Assembly: GCA_964016885.1 (NCBI GenBank)
Contig: OZ024742.1
Location: 286,068,001-286,132,000, forward strand
Source: Eledone cirrhosa
Taxonomy: Eukaryota
Length of the DNA stretch: 64,000 bases
Direction of reading: 5' to 3'
The notes under the pieces are model-generated. The model searched no databases and was not told where the DNA came from. It was given only the letters and a program-made list of their open reading frames with translations. Shown here one piece after another: positions 12,730 to 26,559 of the stretch. How positions within the stretch are numbered: position 1 is the first letter of the stretch; the number at the start of each line of letters is the position of its first letter. The position numbers and the translations under genes are program-made.

Positions 12730-12774
12730 GCTCTGACAAATCCTACGGTTACGTAAGGAAGAAACATTGTAAGC
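12730..12774 (+). ncRNA. Hammerhead-like motif in the Hydra pLTR (variant core CTGACAA)
   Basis: GCT-CTGACAA-ATCCTACGGTTACGTAAGGAA-GAAA-CATTG-TA-AGC; homologous to the canonical motif at 30488. Confidence 0.6.
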
Positions 12775-13323
12775 CAATAAAAATCTTTTGATGTTGTAGA
12801 CGCTCTTGTGTTCTGTTTCATATATATATATGTATATATATATGCATATATATATATATATGTATATATATATGTATATATATATATGTATATATATATG
12901 TATATATATGTAGGAGAAGGAAAACTCTGATCTAACACATGCAACCCTGATGGTATCCAATGATGTTGACTTGTTCTTCTTTTTGGTAAATATAATCTTG
13001 GTTAAGAGAGTGGGACTGGCTTTGTGCAGTGCCTTTGCTCACTATAAAAGCTTTACGGCACAGGCATTGCTTTATATCTGGAGATCTCTCTGTACTTGTC
13101 GTCACATGGTACCATGGGCCCAGCACTATGTGTCAATAATTGTCGCAAGTGTAGTGTTTGTACCAGAGTTTTCAAGTTGCTGGCTGGACTAAAAAGTCAC
13201 ACTCGTTCAGCGCATTGGTAGGGGTTCTCCTACATGGATATAAAGTAGTGACCGTACTCGAAAACGAGTTGGCAGCCACCATATATATATATGTATATAT
13301 ATATATGTATATATATATATATA

Positions 13324-13742
13324 GTTAAAAGAATAGAGGTGTAACACACAAGTTATTATATATTGGTAAACGGAATAGAAAATGCTGACAAATTGTTCAC
13401 AGTTGAAAAATGGTTTAATTAGGAATAAAAGAGTATTAGTGATTGTATGGGTTAGTATTCAGTTGTGGTTTTAAGTTTTTAAGTTTTTACCGGTTGCGCA
13501 TTTCTAAATGCTTTTCAAAAATAATTTTGAGATAGAGTGTCCGTGCTGTTTGCGCTGAACCAGCACGGACACTCTATCTCAAAATTATTTTTGAAAAGCA
13601 TTTAGAAATGCGCAACCGGTAAAAACTTAAAAACTTAAAACCACAACTGAATACTAACCCATACAATCACTAATACTCTTTTATTCCTAATTAAACCATT
13701 TTTCAACTGTGAACAATTTGTCAGCATTTTCTATTCCGTTTA

Positions 13743-13748
<6 letters not shown>
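13324..13748 (-). mobile_element. PLE pLTR-only palindromic insertion (same family as 2966-3377)
   Basis: 13362-13548 is inverted at 13561-13748; near-identical to 2966-3377. Confidence 0.8.
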
Positions 13749-13780
<32 letters not shown>

Positions 13781-14072
13781 TTTGTTGGTTCACCACTGGA
13801 TAGAATTGGTCATTCCGTATGGTCAATCTTGGTGTAATATTGTGGAGAGTACTCAACGTAGTGTAGTTCACCCATCTTCGTTTGTGTAGTTGGTGGTGCG
13901 AATACGGAGTTAATTATAAATAAAATAAAATAACATTAGTAGATTCAGTTGCCACCAATTTGAGGGCGACTGGCCGAGGTAAAGGCAGCTAGTTGGTCAG
14001 TCGTCCTCTTTGTCTCTGTCTCTGATTTTTCGGACCCATGGTTTTTTTTACATATTCCTTGGTTATATTCCA

Positions 14073-14130
14073 ATACCTGATGATATCACACGATTCATAT
14101 GGATCCCGGTCATTGAAATGATCATAGTAT
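14073..14130 (+). ncRNA. Type I hammerhead motif within a short insertion (13778-14190)
   Basis: ATAC-CTGATGA...GAAA-TGATCA-TA-GTAT; palindromic stem III, weak stem II. Confidence 0.5.
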
Positions 14131-14189
14131 AATTAACCTTGCAAGGATCTACACCAGTCCAGCCTCCTGTTATTTTATTTTATTTATAG

Positions 14190-14292
<103 letters not shown>

Positions 14293-15225
14293 ACGGTTTA
14301 CATATATATAAAGTCATAGATATATATGCGTTTTGCCACGGGTCACGTTGTGGCTCAATGAAGAATTAATAAATTAAATAATCAGAGCTATATATCATAA
14401 ATCATGTCTTTAGAATCACTAGATATAATATATACCATTTCCTCTCCCAATTAGCATAATTAACCATATAAAAAATCAATTAGACCAAGCTATAAGAATA
14501 AAGGCTCCTATGAAGAAATTTCCGACAAATAACCGAAAGCAGCCCCTTCGCGGCGGCTTCGATGGAGTGTTTATCGAACATTTCGACAGCATGTAGAAAT
14601 CGACCAGATATACAGTCAACTAAACACAATTAGGTGTAAAATAAACTTAGAAGAAATGCGTACATATTTAATTACCTCTACCATGGTTTCATCCGTATTT
14701 TAAGACATCCGATAACAGGGAATGTCCAGAGCTTCGGATTCATCAGGAGTGAGCTCAAAATTAGACAATTAATTTTCCAAAGTGATCGCGCCAAAAATAC
14801 ATTCAAAAATGGCTAAGAATCGTGACGTGGCAGCGGTCAAATTAGAAATGATGTGATTAGTTGCTTACGGTGGGTAGGCTTATTGCTAGAAAGCGCAGCC
14901 CAATATAGCCAAATTGTATCTCAACCTAACGGGAGATTATAGCATATAAAGGTTTACATATATATAAAGTCATAGATATATATATATGTGTTTTGCAACG
15001 GGTCACGTTGTGGCTCAATGAAGAATTAATAAATTAAATAATCAGAGCTATATATCATAAAACATGTCTTTAGAATCACTAGATATAATATATACCGTCG
15101 GAGATTTCTTCATAGGAGCCTTTATTCTTATAGCTTGGTCTAATTGATTTTTTATATGGTTAATTATGCTAATTGGGAGAGGAATTGGTATATATTATAT
15201 CTAGTGATTCTAAAGACATGTTTCA

Positions 15226-15230
<5 letters not shown>
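14293..15230 (-). mobile_element. Non-coding circularly permuted HHR element (unit ~656 bp) with inverted arm
   Basis: 14295-14436 repeated at 14951-15096; 15103-15230 is the reverse complement of ~14390-14522; HHR inside. Confidence 0.7.
14676..14749 (-). ncRNA. Type I hammerhead ribozyme
   Basis: Minus strand reads CTC-CTGATGA-ATCCG...CGGAT-GAAA-CCATGG-TA-GAG. Confidence 0.8.
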
Positions 15231-15288
<58 letters not shown>

Positions 15289-16118
15289 TAAATTAGCGAG
15301 AATCGTATTTCGGCTTTGGAAATTAGCGAAAAACAACTTCCGAGATGTGTGGCAAGCGCTCAATAATTCTAACGAACCAGAGCTACAACATACGTTAAAA
15401 GGCCAAACACACTGAGACGATGGTTAAACCATTATCCGCACGACCAAGTAATTCTGGTCAAACAAATAAAAAAATGTGATTGAAAAATTTACCCGGACCC
15501 CTGGATGGTTGGTAAAAATCCAGCATTTGGGTTTCTGCGACTCCTAAATCAAGTACTGTCCGCTTAGACAAATAATGTTAGGCTTCTGGTAAGATGATTG
15601 AACAAGGAAGTCACTTTCTCAACAGGCTTTTAGTTCAAGTGCCAGGCCAAGGATTGACCGTTACCAATACCCACGTGGGGCACGACAAGGGAGGTAACCC
15701 TTATTTTTGGCGGATGAATTCAGTATGTGTATATTATTGCAAAATTGCAAAATATCACAAAACAAATTAAGTTCTCAACAGAATGGTTTTAAAGTTAACA
15801 AAATCTATTCATCAATAGCTATTCATCAAAAGCTTTTCATCAATATATATATATATACGTGTGTATAATGGTAGCTATGGTGCTTCCATAGGCGGTATGC
15901 CAAAATTAGCACTCAATATTCATACAGAGCAGAGTGTGGATAGTATAAAAAAACGAAAAATCAATGATGCATCTGTTTATTGCGTGTTATAATTGTTTCG
16001 CCGGCAGGTAGCTCGAGACATGATCACTGTATGGATCTGGCTGATTCTACGGCTGCAGGTTCCTTCGGACAGATGCATCAATGATTTTTCGTTTTTTTAT
16101 ACTATATATATATATGTA

Positions 16119-16855
16119 TATAAAAATTGATGAGCAGAACAAACAAACATTAAACAATCCTTTAAATGAATTAAAAAATGATTTAAATATCTACCTGTTC
16201 ATAATGCTATTACCGGCGGTTTCCATCTACAAAAGATTAGAAATTCAGAGAATTTCCAACGGAAAGTAAATTTCATCAAATAGCTATTTCCTTTCTATAT
16301 GACGTACGTCCCACGGTCTGCAAATATAATGCCAACTACCAGATCGTATGAGTTATGGCCGTTAAAGTGACCCACACGTGAACCGGCCGCTAGTGAAAGC
16401 AGGAATATTACAGACGTGTTGATGGCTTTGCTGCTAAAAAAATAGCAGTAAGCAACAACGAATTTTTTCTCTACATAGATTGGAGAATATATAAAAATGA
16501 GGTAAATATCTCACTGGGTACAAAGTAGCCATAGAGATATATAGGGTGTCTATAATATAATTGTTGTTCTATGGTACTAATTCGAGATACCAGAACTATA
16601 AAAATTGATGAGCAGAACAAACAAACATTAAACAATCCTTTAAATGAATTAAAAAACCGCCGGTAATAGCATTATGAACAGGTGGATATTTAAATCATTT
16701 TTTAATTCATTTAAAGGATTGTTTAATGTTTGTTTGTTCTGCTCATCAATTTTTATAGTTCTGGAATCTCGAATTAGTACCATAGAACAACAATTATATT
16801 ATGGACACCCTATATATCTCTATGGCTACTTTGTACCCAGTGAGATATTTACCTC

Positions 16856-16859
<4 letters not shown>
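16119..16859 (-). mobile_element. Non-coding circularly permuted HHR element (unit ~478 bp) with inverted arm
   Basis: 16121-16177 repeated at 16599-16655; 16656-16859 is an inverted copy crossing the unit junction. Confidence 0.7.
16206..16284 (-). ncRNA. Hammerhead motif (C3U variant)
   Basis: Minus strand reads GCTAT-TTGATGA...GAAA-CCGCCGG-TA-ATAGC. Confidence 0.6.
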
Positions 16860-16924
<65 letters not shown>

Positions 16925-17269
16925 ATATTATATATATATAATATTATATATATATAATATTATATGTATATATATACGTACACACACATTCATAATGTAT
17001 ATATACTTATATATATATATAAATGTGTGTGTGTGTGTGTGTGTGTATCCCACACCAAGACACTCGAACAACTCATCCAGGAGGAGTTACTCTTCTTTAT
17101 GGAGAAACTTTGTCAGGAATGTTCGACTGTGTTCGCAATGATGATGATGATATTACATCGACGTCTTCTGTGAGAGGAAACAGAGATCAAGACGATGCGA
17201 GTTGAATGGAGTCTAGAGGCGAACATCATGTCCAAATGTCATTGTCTCAGTTATTTTCGGATAATTTTT

Positions 17270-17480
17270 TGGCTTACCATCATAATGTTGTGGGTTCGAT
17301 TCCTGGACTGTGTTGTGTGTTGTGTTCTTGAGCAAAACATTTCATTTCACGTTGCTCCAGTATAGTCAGCTGAAAATGAGTACCAGTAATAACTGGAGGT
17401 TTAAATCTTGTACTCTCAGTTACTTCATGCCACGGAAACCGAGATAAACTCTAGCCTGATAGGCCACCGGATTCGAGACA
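17270..17480 (+). mobile_element. CORE-type tRNA SINE remnant
   Basis: B box GGTTCGATTCC followed by GTGTTCTTGAGCAAAACATTTCATTTCAC. Confidence 0.55.
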
Positions 17481-17943
17481 GTCTTTAGGAAAATAAATAC
17501 TCCGGCCCTCAGAGACGGAAGAGATCTTTGTTATTAGTGTTCTGCTTCAACAGATGTTTTTCTGAAAGGGATGAACTTACATGAGCAGCGATGGTCAGAG
17601 CTCTAAGAAACAAGGACCGGGTGTAGGGTTTCGTGCTAAGTTTGTGGGCCTGGACACAATATAAGATATGAGAAGAGCTAGGAAAGGAAATTATGGGACT
17701 CTGAATGAACTTAGCTTGAGATCAACAAGCTCTGAGAAACAGAGACTTGTGAAGTAGCGGTAGAAAATTCAGAAGGAGGAGACAATACGTCTGTGGACGA
17801 TACTAAGGAAAACGCCATTGCTGGAACCAAAGTTGACAAAATGAGAGAAGACAAATGTGAATGGCCCAAAATTTTATTAAACCACTGGGATATAACGTAT
17901 TAAAACAGATCATCACTAGATATAATCTTTCTAAAGTCTAGAG

Positions 17944-18107
17944 CAGGCATGGGCAACCTTTTTCGAACAGTGGATCGCATAGGATGTGGCTCATCATATG
18001 GCGGGCCGCACTACTAAAAGATTCAAGGCAATTTTGAAATTAGGCGTTCCATTCAGAAAGCCAAACAGGCTGCATGTAGCTCGTGGGCCGCAGTTTTCTC
18101 ATGACTG
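17944..18107. mobile_element. hAT (Charlie-like) MITE
   Basis: Ends CAGGCATGGGCAAC / GTTTTCTCATGACTG; 8-bp TSD GTCTAGAG/ATCTAGAG; GCGGGCCGCA subterminal motifs. Confidence 0.75.
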
Positions 18108-18204
18108 ATCTAGAGGTTCGTAAGACTCAAGCTTATCTCTGTTTAATTGAACTTTAGGGATCAAGAGAACAAGATGAAGCGCCAATCCGTCCGAAGGTTA
18201 ACTA

Positions 18205-18500
18205 TTCCCAAACTATTACTGGTATTCATGAAGTGATGCTAGTCTGTTGCAAGGTTAATCCCTCAGTTATTACTGGTACTCAGTGAAGTGAAGTAGTGTT
18301 AAATGGAATGATTTTAGTTAGTGGTACCATCCCTAGTTATTACTGGTACTTATGAAGTGATGCTAATCTGTCGCGAAGTTAAACCCTCAGCTATTACTGG
18401 TACTCAGTGAAATAAAGTACCCTGAAATGAAGTGATGTTAGTTTGTGGTACCAACATCCAGTTATTACTGGTGCTCAGTGAACTGAAATGAAAGTACTGT
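18205..18500. repeat. Degenerate tandem repeat built on TATTACTGGTACTCAGTGAA (~55-70-bp period)
   Basis: Five recurrences of TATTACTGGT(A/G). Confidence 0.65.
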
Positions 18501-18702
18501 GAAACGAAATGAAATGCAATTCTCAAATGCACAATGTGCCGCCTGGCCCAGAGTTCGAACCCTCAACCTAACCGATGGGAGGCCAACATTATAACCACTA
18601 GACTACATGTCTTCTGTCGACTAGATATAGTTCACTGCAAGTTATATCAGTTGTCATTGAGAAGGGATGAAACTCAAAATAATATTTTTTACACAATCTG
18701 TC

Positions 18703-18741
<39 letters not shown>

Positions 18742-18781
18742 CAGTAGTAGTAGTAGCAGTAGCAGTAGCAGTAGCAGCAGC

Positions 18782-18978
18782 AGGAGACCCAGGGGTAGAC
18801 CCCGAACAAGATGGTTGGATAACATCCATGAGCTTGTCTCGTCTCGTTTGGGGATCCAGCCGGACCCGCTGGAATGTGTGTTTGAGGACTCTACCCCCAT
18901 GACGCTCTCAGGAATATGTGGGTGAAGAAGAAGAAGAAGAAGAAGAAGAAGAAGAAGAAGAAGAAGAAGAAGAAGAAG
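18782..18978 (+). mobile_element. 3' end of an RTE-clade LINE with (GAA)n tail
   Basis: Encodes RRPRGRPRTRWLDNI, typical of the RTE ORF C-terminus; followed by (GAA)n. Confidence 0.6.
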
Positions 18979-20369
18979 ACACCTTTTCTTCCTCAGCCTC
19001 CAGATGAAATTCTTATTTTTAGCACATCAAATGCCCACATAGTAGTTAGCTTGTTGATGCAGGTTAGTTGCAGTTGTTTTGGTTAATACTAGTTGGTTTT
19101 AAAAGTTCTAGATTATGAATTTGTTTGTCTGTTTGTTACTTGATCAAGGTTTTAATACATTGGTTTTCAGACAAACAACAACACGATAAAACTATGAAGG
19201 TTACTCTGTATTCCAGTACATTATTTCAATATCAAATTTATTGTTATCAGCTGTTTAGAATATTGCTTGAGCGGAACAATAACAATGTATATATGCATTG
19301 CTTCTTCCAGCATGAGAAATATTATCTTCTTAATTGACTCATGGCCGAATATAGATAATTGTCTGAATTGTAATATTAGTAGTGCTTGTTTAGTTTAATC
19401 AGTGATTCAATATGAAGCATATGTAGGAAAAACTCGGCTGTCAGCCGAGTTTGTTTTGAAGATCAAGATGTCTTCCTTTAGTAAGAAAAATGGAGTTAGC
19501 ATTTCTTTGTAAGGTAGCTATAGTGAAGAAAGTGATATGGTGTACGTGCTTAACACTTTAGTTTCCACATTTCATCAGAAATGGGGTGTGAAATTAATCA
19601 GGAATGTAAAGGGATTTAGTAATGTAAATAACTTTCTAATTTTTAAGATGTTGTTTCGGACATAATTCAGCAAAGGTTCTTATATAAAGTTATGATGGAA
19701 TTTTTTATATAAATAAACACTTTAAAATAAACAGTTTACTATCGTAGAACCAGGGAGAGGGGGTTCTAGCGGTTTGCTATCAAAAGGTTTAAATATTTGA
19801 GGATAAGAATTTTTATTCTCTAATCAAGCCCCCTTCAATTTTTTCAAGTGTCACTTGAAGAGCAAAAGGAGACTGAAGAGGGAACATTTTTGCTTTAATT
19901 TATTATACGAAAACTAATTAAAAGCATCGAGATTCATGAAGATAAATGGAATTAATCTGATAATGCAGTTGTATACAGGGGTCAGGAAACCTGGAAAAGG
20001 GGATTCGCTTGAGTCTTTTCATGGAGCTGAATAATACAGGACACACTTGAGGCCTTTCATAAACCAGTGATATATGTGGGTTTTCCCCCTATTTATCTTA
20101 TGTGGTTCCTTGTACTAGGGACCTTTTCTTGTTCACATTTTATTGTTATCTATTTTTGTTTTACATCCCTTCTATTCATTTCCTCCTCGAGAGTTATGTA
20201 CCCTGCCCCTACGACTCCATCAAGATTTAGGGTTCTTTGCATGTGTTTACTTGCTATAGACCCTATTACAGTGTTTTCCTTTTGTGTCCTATAACTGTTT
20301 CCTATTGTTTCGGTCAGTGAGATCGATAAAAGGAGTCATTATTACTTATTATTATTATTGGTGTTAATA

Positions 20370-20955
20370 AGGAGGTGGATTGGCAGTATCGGTAGAGGGT
20401 CGGACGCCATGCTTTGACGCAAAGAGTTACGGCCCTTTCCATTCTGAATTCAAATCCCGCCGAGGTTAACTTTGTCTTTCATCCTTACGGGGATCGATAA
20501 AATAAAGTACCAGTAATACACTGGGTAATTGCTGGCCTTGTGCCAAAAGTAGAAACAATTATTATTGGTGTTAATAGGACGGTGGGTTGGCGGTATCGGT
20601 AGAGAGGCGGACTCCATATTTCGCAGCATAGAGTTACGGCCCTTTACGGTCTGAGTTCAAGTCCCGCCGAGGTTAGCTTTGCCTTTCATCTTTACGGGAT
20701 CGATAAAATAAAACACTAGTAATGCACTTGTGCCTAAAGTAGAAATTATTATTATTGATGTTAGTGCCAGTTGATTGATAATAACAGTAGAGCGTCGGAA
20801 TTACAACTCTTTAAGTTCAAAGCCCGTCGAGATTAGCTTTGCCTTTCACCCTTATGGGGTCGATAAAATAAAGTACCAGTAACGCTGTGGGGTCAATTTA
20901 ATTGACTTTCCTCTCTCCCAAAATAGTTGGCCCTGTGCCTAAATTGGAAACCATT
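20370..20955 (+). mobile_element. Three tandem copies of the main SINE family
   Basis: Copies start near 20370, 20577 and 20765. Confidence 0.8.
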
Positions 20956-21019
20956 ATTATTATTCGTATTTTTATTCGGGTGGGTTGTTTTATTACCTTA
21001 TTTCATTGTAATACCAAAC

Positions 21020-21400
21020 ACACCCCTGTATCTTTTATATCAAACACAGTTTGTGTAATATATGTGCAGTGACTAGTTAGGACGATTTTCTAGATATTGT
21101 ATCTATCAAAGTCCAGGAGATTTCCTTATCATGCATTACATTCCCAATGGATTGATTCTGTTTTCAGTTCCCGTATCCGAGTCATGTCGCTCGACAATAT
21201 CCTTGATAACAATATCTTATCAATTAGCCTTAATCTTATTTGTTTGTAATAACATATCCCAAATTATGGCCATTTTGTCAGTCCTTGAGACTTTATTTGC
21301 TGTATGTTGTGTTTTTATCACCTATTTTCTTTTGATATTTGATATATTGCTGACATAATTTCAGTGTATGGAAGCCTTAAATGTTTGATATTTCATTATG
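21020..21400 (-). pseudogene. Highly decayed RLE-domain remnant of an R4/R2-group retroelement
   Basis: Minus strand translates to MAIIWDMLLQTNKIKAN**DIVIKD, resembling the WD..QTD...ANRPDIV motif. Confidence 0.4.
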
Positions 21401-21684
21401 TTTGTAATTTTAACGTAAGCCAAGGGAAGTAATTCTGAGTGAGTCATGGCTGTAGTGTTGTTGGCGGTGGAGGGGTCACTATTGACGTCACACTAACACA
21501 CTGCTGCCATTACTACCAATGTTATTATTCCAAACTAAAGACAGATTTAAATATAAGTTTGGAAGTATCGGAGACTTGTCTCTACAAGTCTCCGATAGCC
21601 AAATGTCTAAATGTTAGCAGAAGGGCACCCAGGAATCATGTTCTGGATGCGGCCCGGCTCCCTTAGAATGTAAGAAGTTAAGGG

Positions 21685-22145
21685 CCAAAACACTTGCTTG
21701 GGAGGTGTTTCTTTTTTCGAAGACCTTCTGCTGTCCATCTCCCCTATATTAATATTCATAAATCAGTGTTTTTAACAGCCGAAACACTTGCTTGAGGGAA
21801 GTGGGTTTTTCTCTGAAGATCATATACTGTCCAGCTCTCCTGAGAGTGTCTTACCATTTAATTCTTTCCTTACTATACTTCTAATGAAACACACTAAGGA
21901 TTAAATGGTAAAAACACTCTCAGAAGTTAAAACACTTGCTTCAGGAGAGTGGCTTTCTTCTCTAAAGACATTCTACTGTCTAGCTTTCCTGAGAGTTTCT
22001 TACCACTATATATTTTAATTTATATTCATAAATCAGTGTTTTTAAGGGCCGAAACATTTGATTGAGAGTAGTGGTGGTGGTAGTTGGTGGTTCTTCTCAG
22101 AAGACCTTCTGCTGTCCAGCTCTCCTGAGAGTTTCTTACCATTTT
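21685..22145. repeat. Degenerate repeat, 4 copies of AAACACTTGCTT...GAAGACCTTCTGCTGTCCAGCTCTCCTGAGAG
   Basis: Recurrence at ~21688, 21782, 21929, 22052. Confidence 0.65.
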
Positions 22146-24349
22146 TTTTACCAAGACTAAGCAACCAGAAACAACGTGGCTTTCTTACCTCCACATATTC
22201 TGCAGTTAATAAATACATTCTACTTTATTGCACACTTTTTCTACTTTCTGATGGGAAGTCTTTGATCTGTATCTCAATCCAGAATTCTTCAGTCATAGCT
22301 ATGAGTCTTGTTCTTTACAATAAGTTCTACAATTTTTCTACTTTCTATTTACACCTCATTCAGTTTCCGTCTCTCAGATATTAACCATGAGGTTGCTTTT
22401 CTTGCCGAGAATTTATTAGGTCCTTTAAGCTGGGGGTATTCATTTGGGGACTTAAACGATGTTTATTTCGTAGACAGTGGTCAATTAGCTGCAATGGTTG
22501 TTGCATGGTGAGGGGGAAGAAACGTTGCTTAATCGTAAAATTGGAATCGCGTGCAAAGTAAACAATATTTGTAAAGTGTTGCATCAAAACAGCATTTAAC
22601 TGGTTTATGTTATTGAAAATCTGGTTCACCAATGTACTTTGCAATTGGCCTCAAGGTTATCGTTTATTTGTTATTTCCATGGTTGTAAATTGTGTTGACA
22701 GCACAAACTATTTCACATTATTCTCTATCTAAATGATAAGCTTTCTGCCAATAGAATTACAACTTCACAACTGACCTTGCATTTTTAACGATATATGTTT
22801 CCCACATTAACTGTTTGCTTCAAAATAAAACAATATCATCCTCACTACCACCACCTCCAACAACACAACTACTACCTCCCCATCTCAACCCACACCACGG
22901 CAACTACTACCATCACTACCATCAACACTGCTGCCACTACAACCAACAGTACTGGCACCAACACCAACATCACCATGACCAACAACTAGACCACCACTAC
23001 TACGACAAACACCACCACCATCTCTACTGCCACTATCACAACCCCACCACCTCCACCACCATCGTAAGCTCACCACCGCCGCCACCAATCCCATCACCAC
23101 CACTACCATCACTACTACTACCACCACTACCACTACCACCACCACCACCACTACACTACGACCACTTTAAATTTCAAATAAGCGAAAAATATCGATGAAC
23201 TAACAATATCAATGGTCCTTGTAATATAACCAATATGTTGTTCAATAAATCCTAAAAGACCTTTTCAGAGAAGGGCTATATTTATGGGTTCTCTCATACA
23301 TGCTGCGACCACTGCTAGCTACGTGGTTCCAATAGAAAGGGAAGTTGTGCCAAAATATAAACATCTTAATGGACACAACGGAAAAAGTTATGAAATCGAA
23401 CGAAGACATTGAAAGCTGTACCGTATATAGAAAAAAACATCTAGAAGAATACAGATGAAACACTAAGCAATAAAACGACTCTATTCCTAAAGATTGTCAT
23501 AGAAAGTAATAGATGCATCTCGTAGGATTCTATCAAATACATGATTAAATGTGTGTAATTTCAGAAACAGTGAATGTCCAAACATATAGAAAATGTCAAT
23601 AGTAAAATGTTTACTTAGAAAAAACATTTATATTCTCTTTTACAAACGAAACACACTATAAGGAAATGCACAGAATAATCTCAACCTTGCCTTTGCAGTC
23701 TTGTCCGCGGGATACAGCCCAAACACTGCACCGCCCTAGGCACAGACCCCATCACCCTTATCCCTTCTCTTTCCATTTCTTCTGTGTCCAAGAGTCCTCA
23801 TTTTCCTCTCATTTGTAGCATTTAGAGTCCTTTCCTCTACTTTCCTACACAGTTAGATCTGCTCTTCTTTACCAATACCCGTTTTTCTCAATATTTAATT
23901 TTGTTTTTATCTTTCTTTTTCATATTTCCATCATTGTATAATTTCTTATTTTATTTGTAATGTTCTCTATATAACTGTGAATAATAAAACCCTTTTATAT
24001 CCAAACTGTAACCAGCAATAAACAGATATTTAAATAAACTAATGTTAGCAAGATCGGACAGACTCTCTTAGACGATTTTCCAAGGAACAGTACAGGGGGG
24101 AGAGCAGGCGGGGCAGCGGGGCAAACAGGGGAAGCTGTGGACTGACAACAAAGCTGAGTGACGGGGAAGAACTTAGCCAAAACCCAAGTACTCGCCCATG
24201 AGCGACAGCGGTGGAGACAGTTGGTGCAGCATTCGGCACTGCAGTTATCCAACGACCACAAAAGGGGTTAAAGTGTCATGATAATGATGATGATGATGAA
24301 TTTTAACAAGCACAAGAACTAACACAAGAGGAAATACAGCAAGTATATA

Positions 24350-24680
24350 CTGGCACTCCGTCAGTTACGACGATGAGTGTTTCAGTTGATTCGATCAATG
24401 GAACAGCCTGTTCTCGAAATTAACGTGCAAGTGGCTAAGAATTCTACAGATATGCATACCTTCGACTTAGTTCTCAGGAAGATTCAGCGTGACACAAAAT
24501 GTGACAAGGCTGGCCCTTCAAATTACAGGTACAATACATTTTAACCAGCTGAGTGGACTGGAGTAACAGAAAATAAAGTGTTTTGCTCAAGGATAAAACG
24601 TGCCACCGGGAATCGAACTCACGTCCTTATGATTGTGAGCCGAATATTCTAAAATATTCTAACCACTAAGTCATGTGCCT
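24350..24680 (-). mobile_element. CORE-type tRNA SINE, near full length
   Basis: Minus strand: A box GACTTAGTGGTTAG, B box GAGTTCGATTCC, CORE-like TTGAGCAAAACACTTTATTTTCTGTTACTCCAGTCCACTCAGCTG. Confidence 0.7.
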
Positions 24681-25128
24681 TCACTACAGCAGGAACTATA
24701 ACTATTTAAAACTAAACAGATTACACATAAATCTTTACTGATTATACATACTAACATTAGAATAGATTTATGTATTATAAAAGTCGTAAAACAGGAATCA
24801 AAATGCGTTACATCAAACGATAAATGAAAACCTATAATATAGAGTAAAACATAAAAATTTAATTTAAAGTATAACTTATCTATAATAAACCACAAACATG
24901 TAAACACTATTAATGTCCAATATTTAATAAATTCGATTACAAACGTTAATCTTGTAAATTTTACTGGTTACACAAACATATACGACAAACTCCCACAGTT
25001 CACCATTCAGTTAAACTACATAATACAATAGGGTAGTCACAAACATATGGTCATAATCGAACATATAGGTCTGGTAGAGATACATACATACACATATGGG
25101 TGATGATTTCTTACGAATGAAACAGTTC

Positions 25129-26011
<883 letters not shown>

Positions 26012-26483
26012 GAGAGAGAGAAAGATGATTATAGTGGAGTACTTTCACTACCATCTTTGGCAAGGTTAGAGAAGCCCTATGCACAGTACAATTCTCAGTT
26101 CATCAGGAGTTTAAATCAGACGAATAAGTCATTGACAGTTAAAGTTCTTGTTGTTGAGGACAGTTCAGGTGGCAGAGCATTAATAGTCAATATAACAAAA
26201 GACTAAGGTTAACAACTTAAATGTTTTGATATGAAATCTATACTTGATACTATTTGAACTTAGAAAACTTCGTTCTTTCTCACATTTTTATGAAGAAATG
26301 CAGTTATAGGTATTATATATGGTGTTAATAATTGATAATTTATCATTTCCAGTTCCTTATGTATGCATGTACCATTATAACCGTATTGAAACGGACGTAG
26401 AAATTAAAGAAGGAATTTAAGTTGTTAACTTGGGTCTTTTCTCATTCTGAATCAACCTATCTATCTATCTCTCTATCCCCCCT

Positions 26484-26559
<76 letters not shown>

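Larger units (their letters stand above)
7481..12820 (+). mobile_element. Near full-length Penelope-like element, Hydra clade, with direct pseudo-LTR
   Basis: 7481-7540 repeated at 12761-12820; RT plus C-terminal GIY-YIG with CxCx5C; HHR-like motif in the 3' pLTR; ends in (TA)n. Confidence 0.85.

Noticed and set aside
22815-23198. His/Pro/Thr-rich ORFs
   Set aside because: Degenerate (CAC/CTA)n simple repeat with no splice or homology support
23550-24278. Possible solo LTR ending in TGTCA
   Set aside because: Could not define a matching 5' TG end, TSD or PBS/PPT
26030-26112. HHR on the minus strand (CTGATGA..GAAAGTACTC)
   Set aside because: Core boxes are present but helix I does not pair; at best decayed
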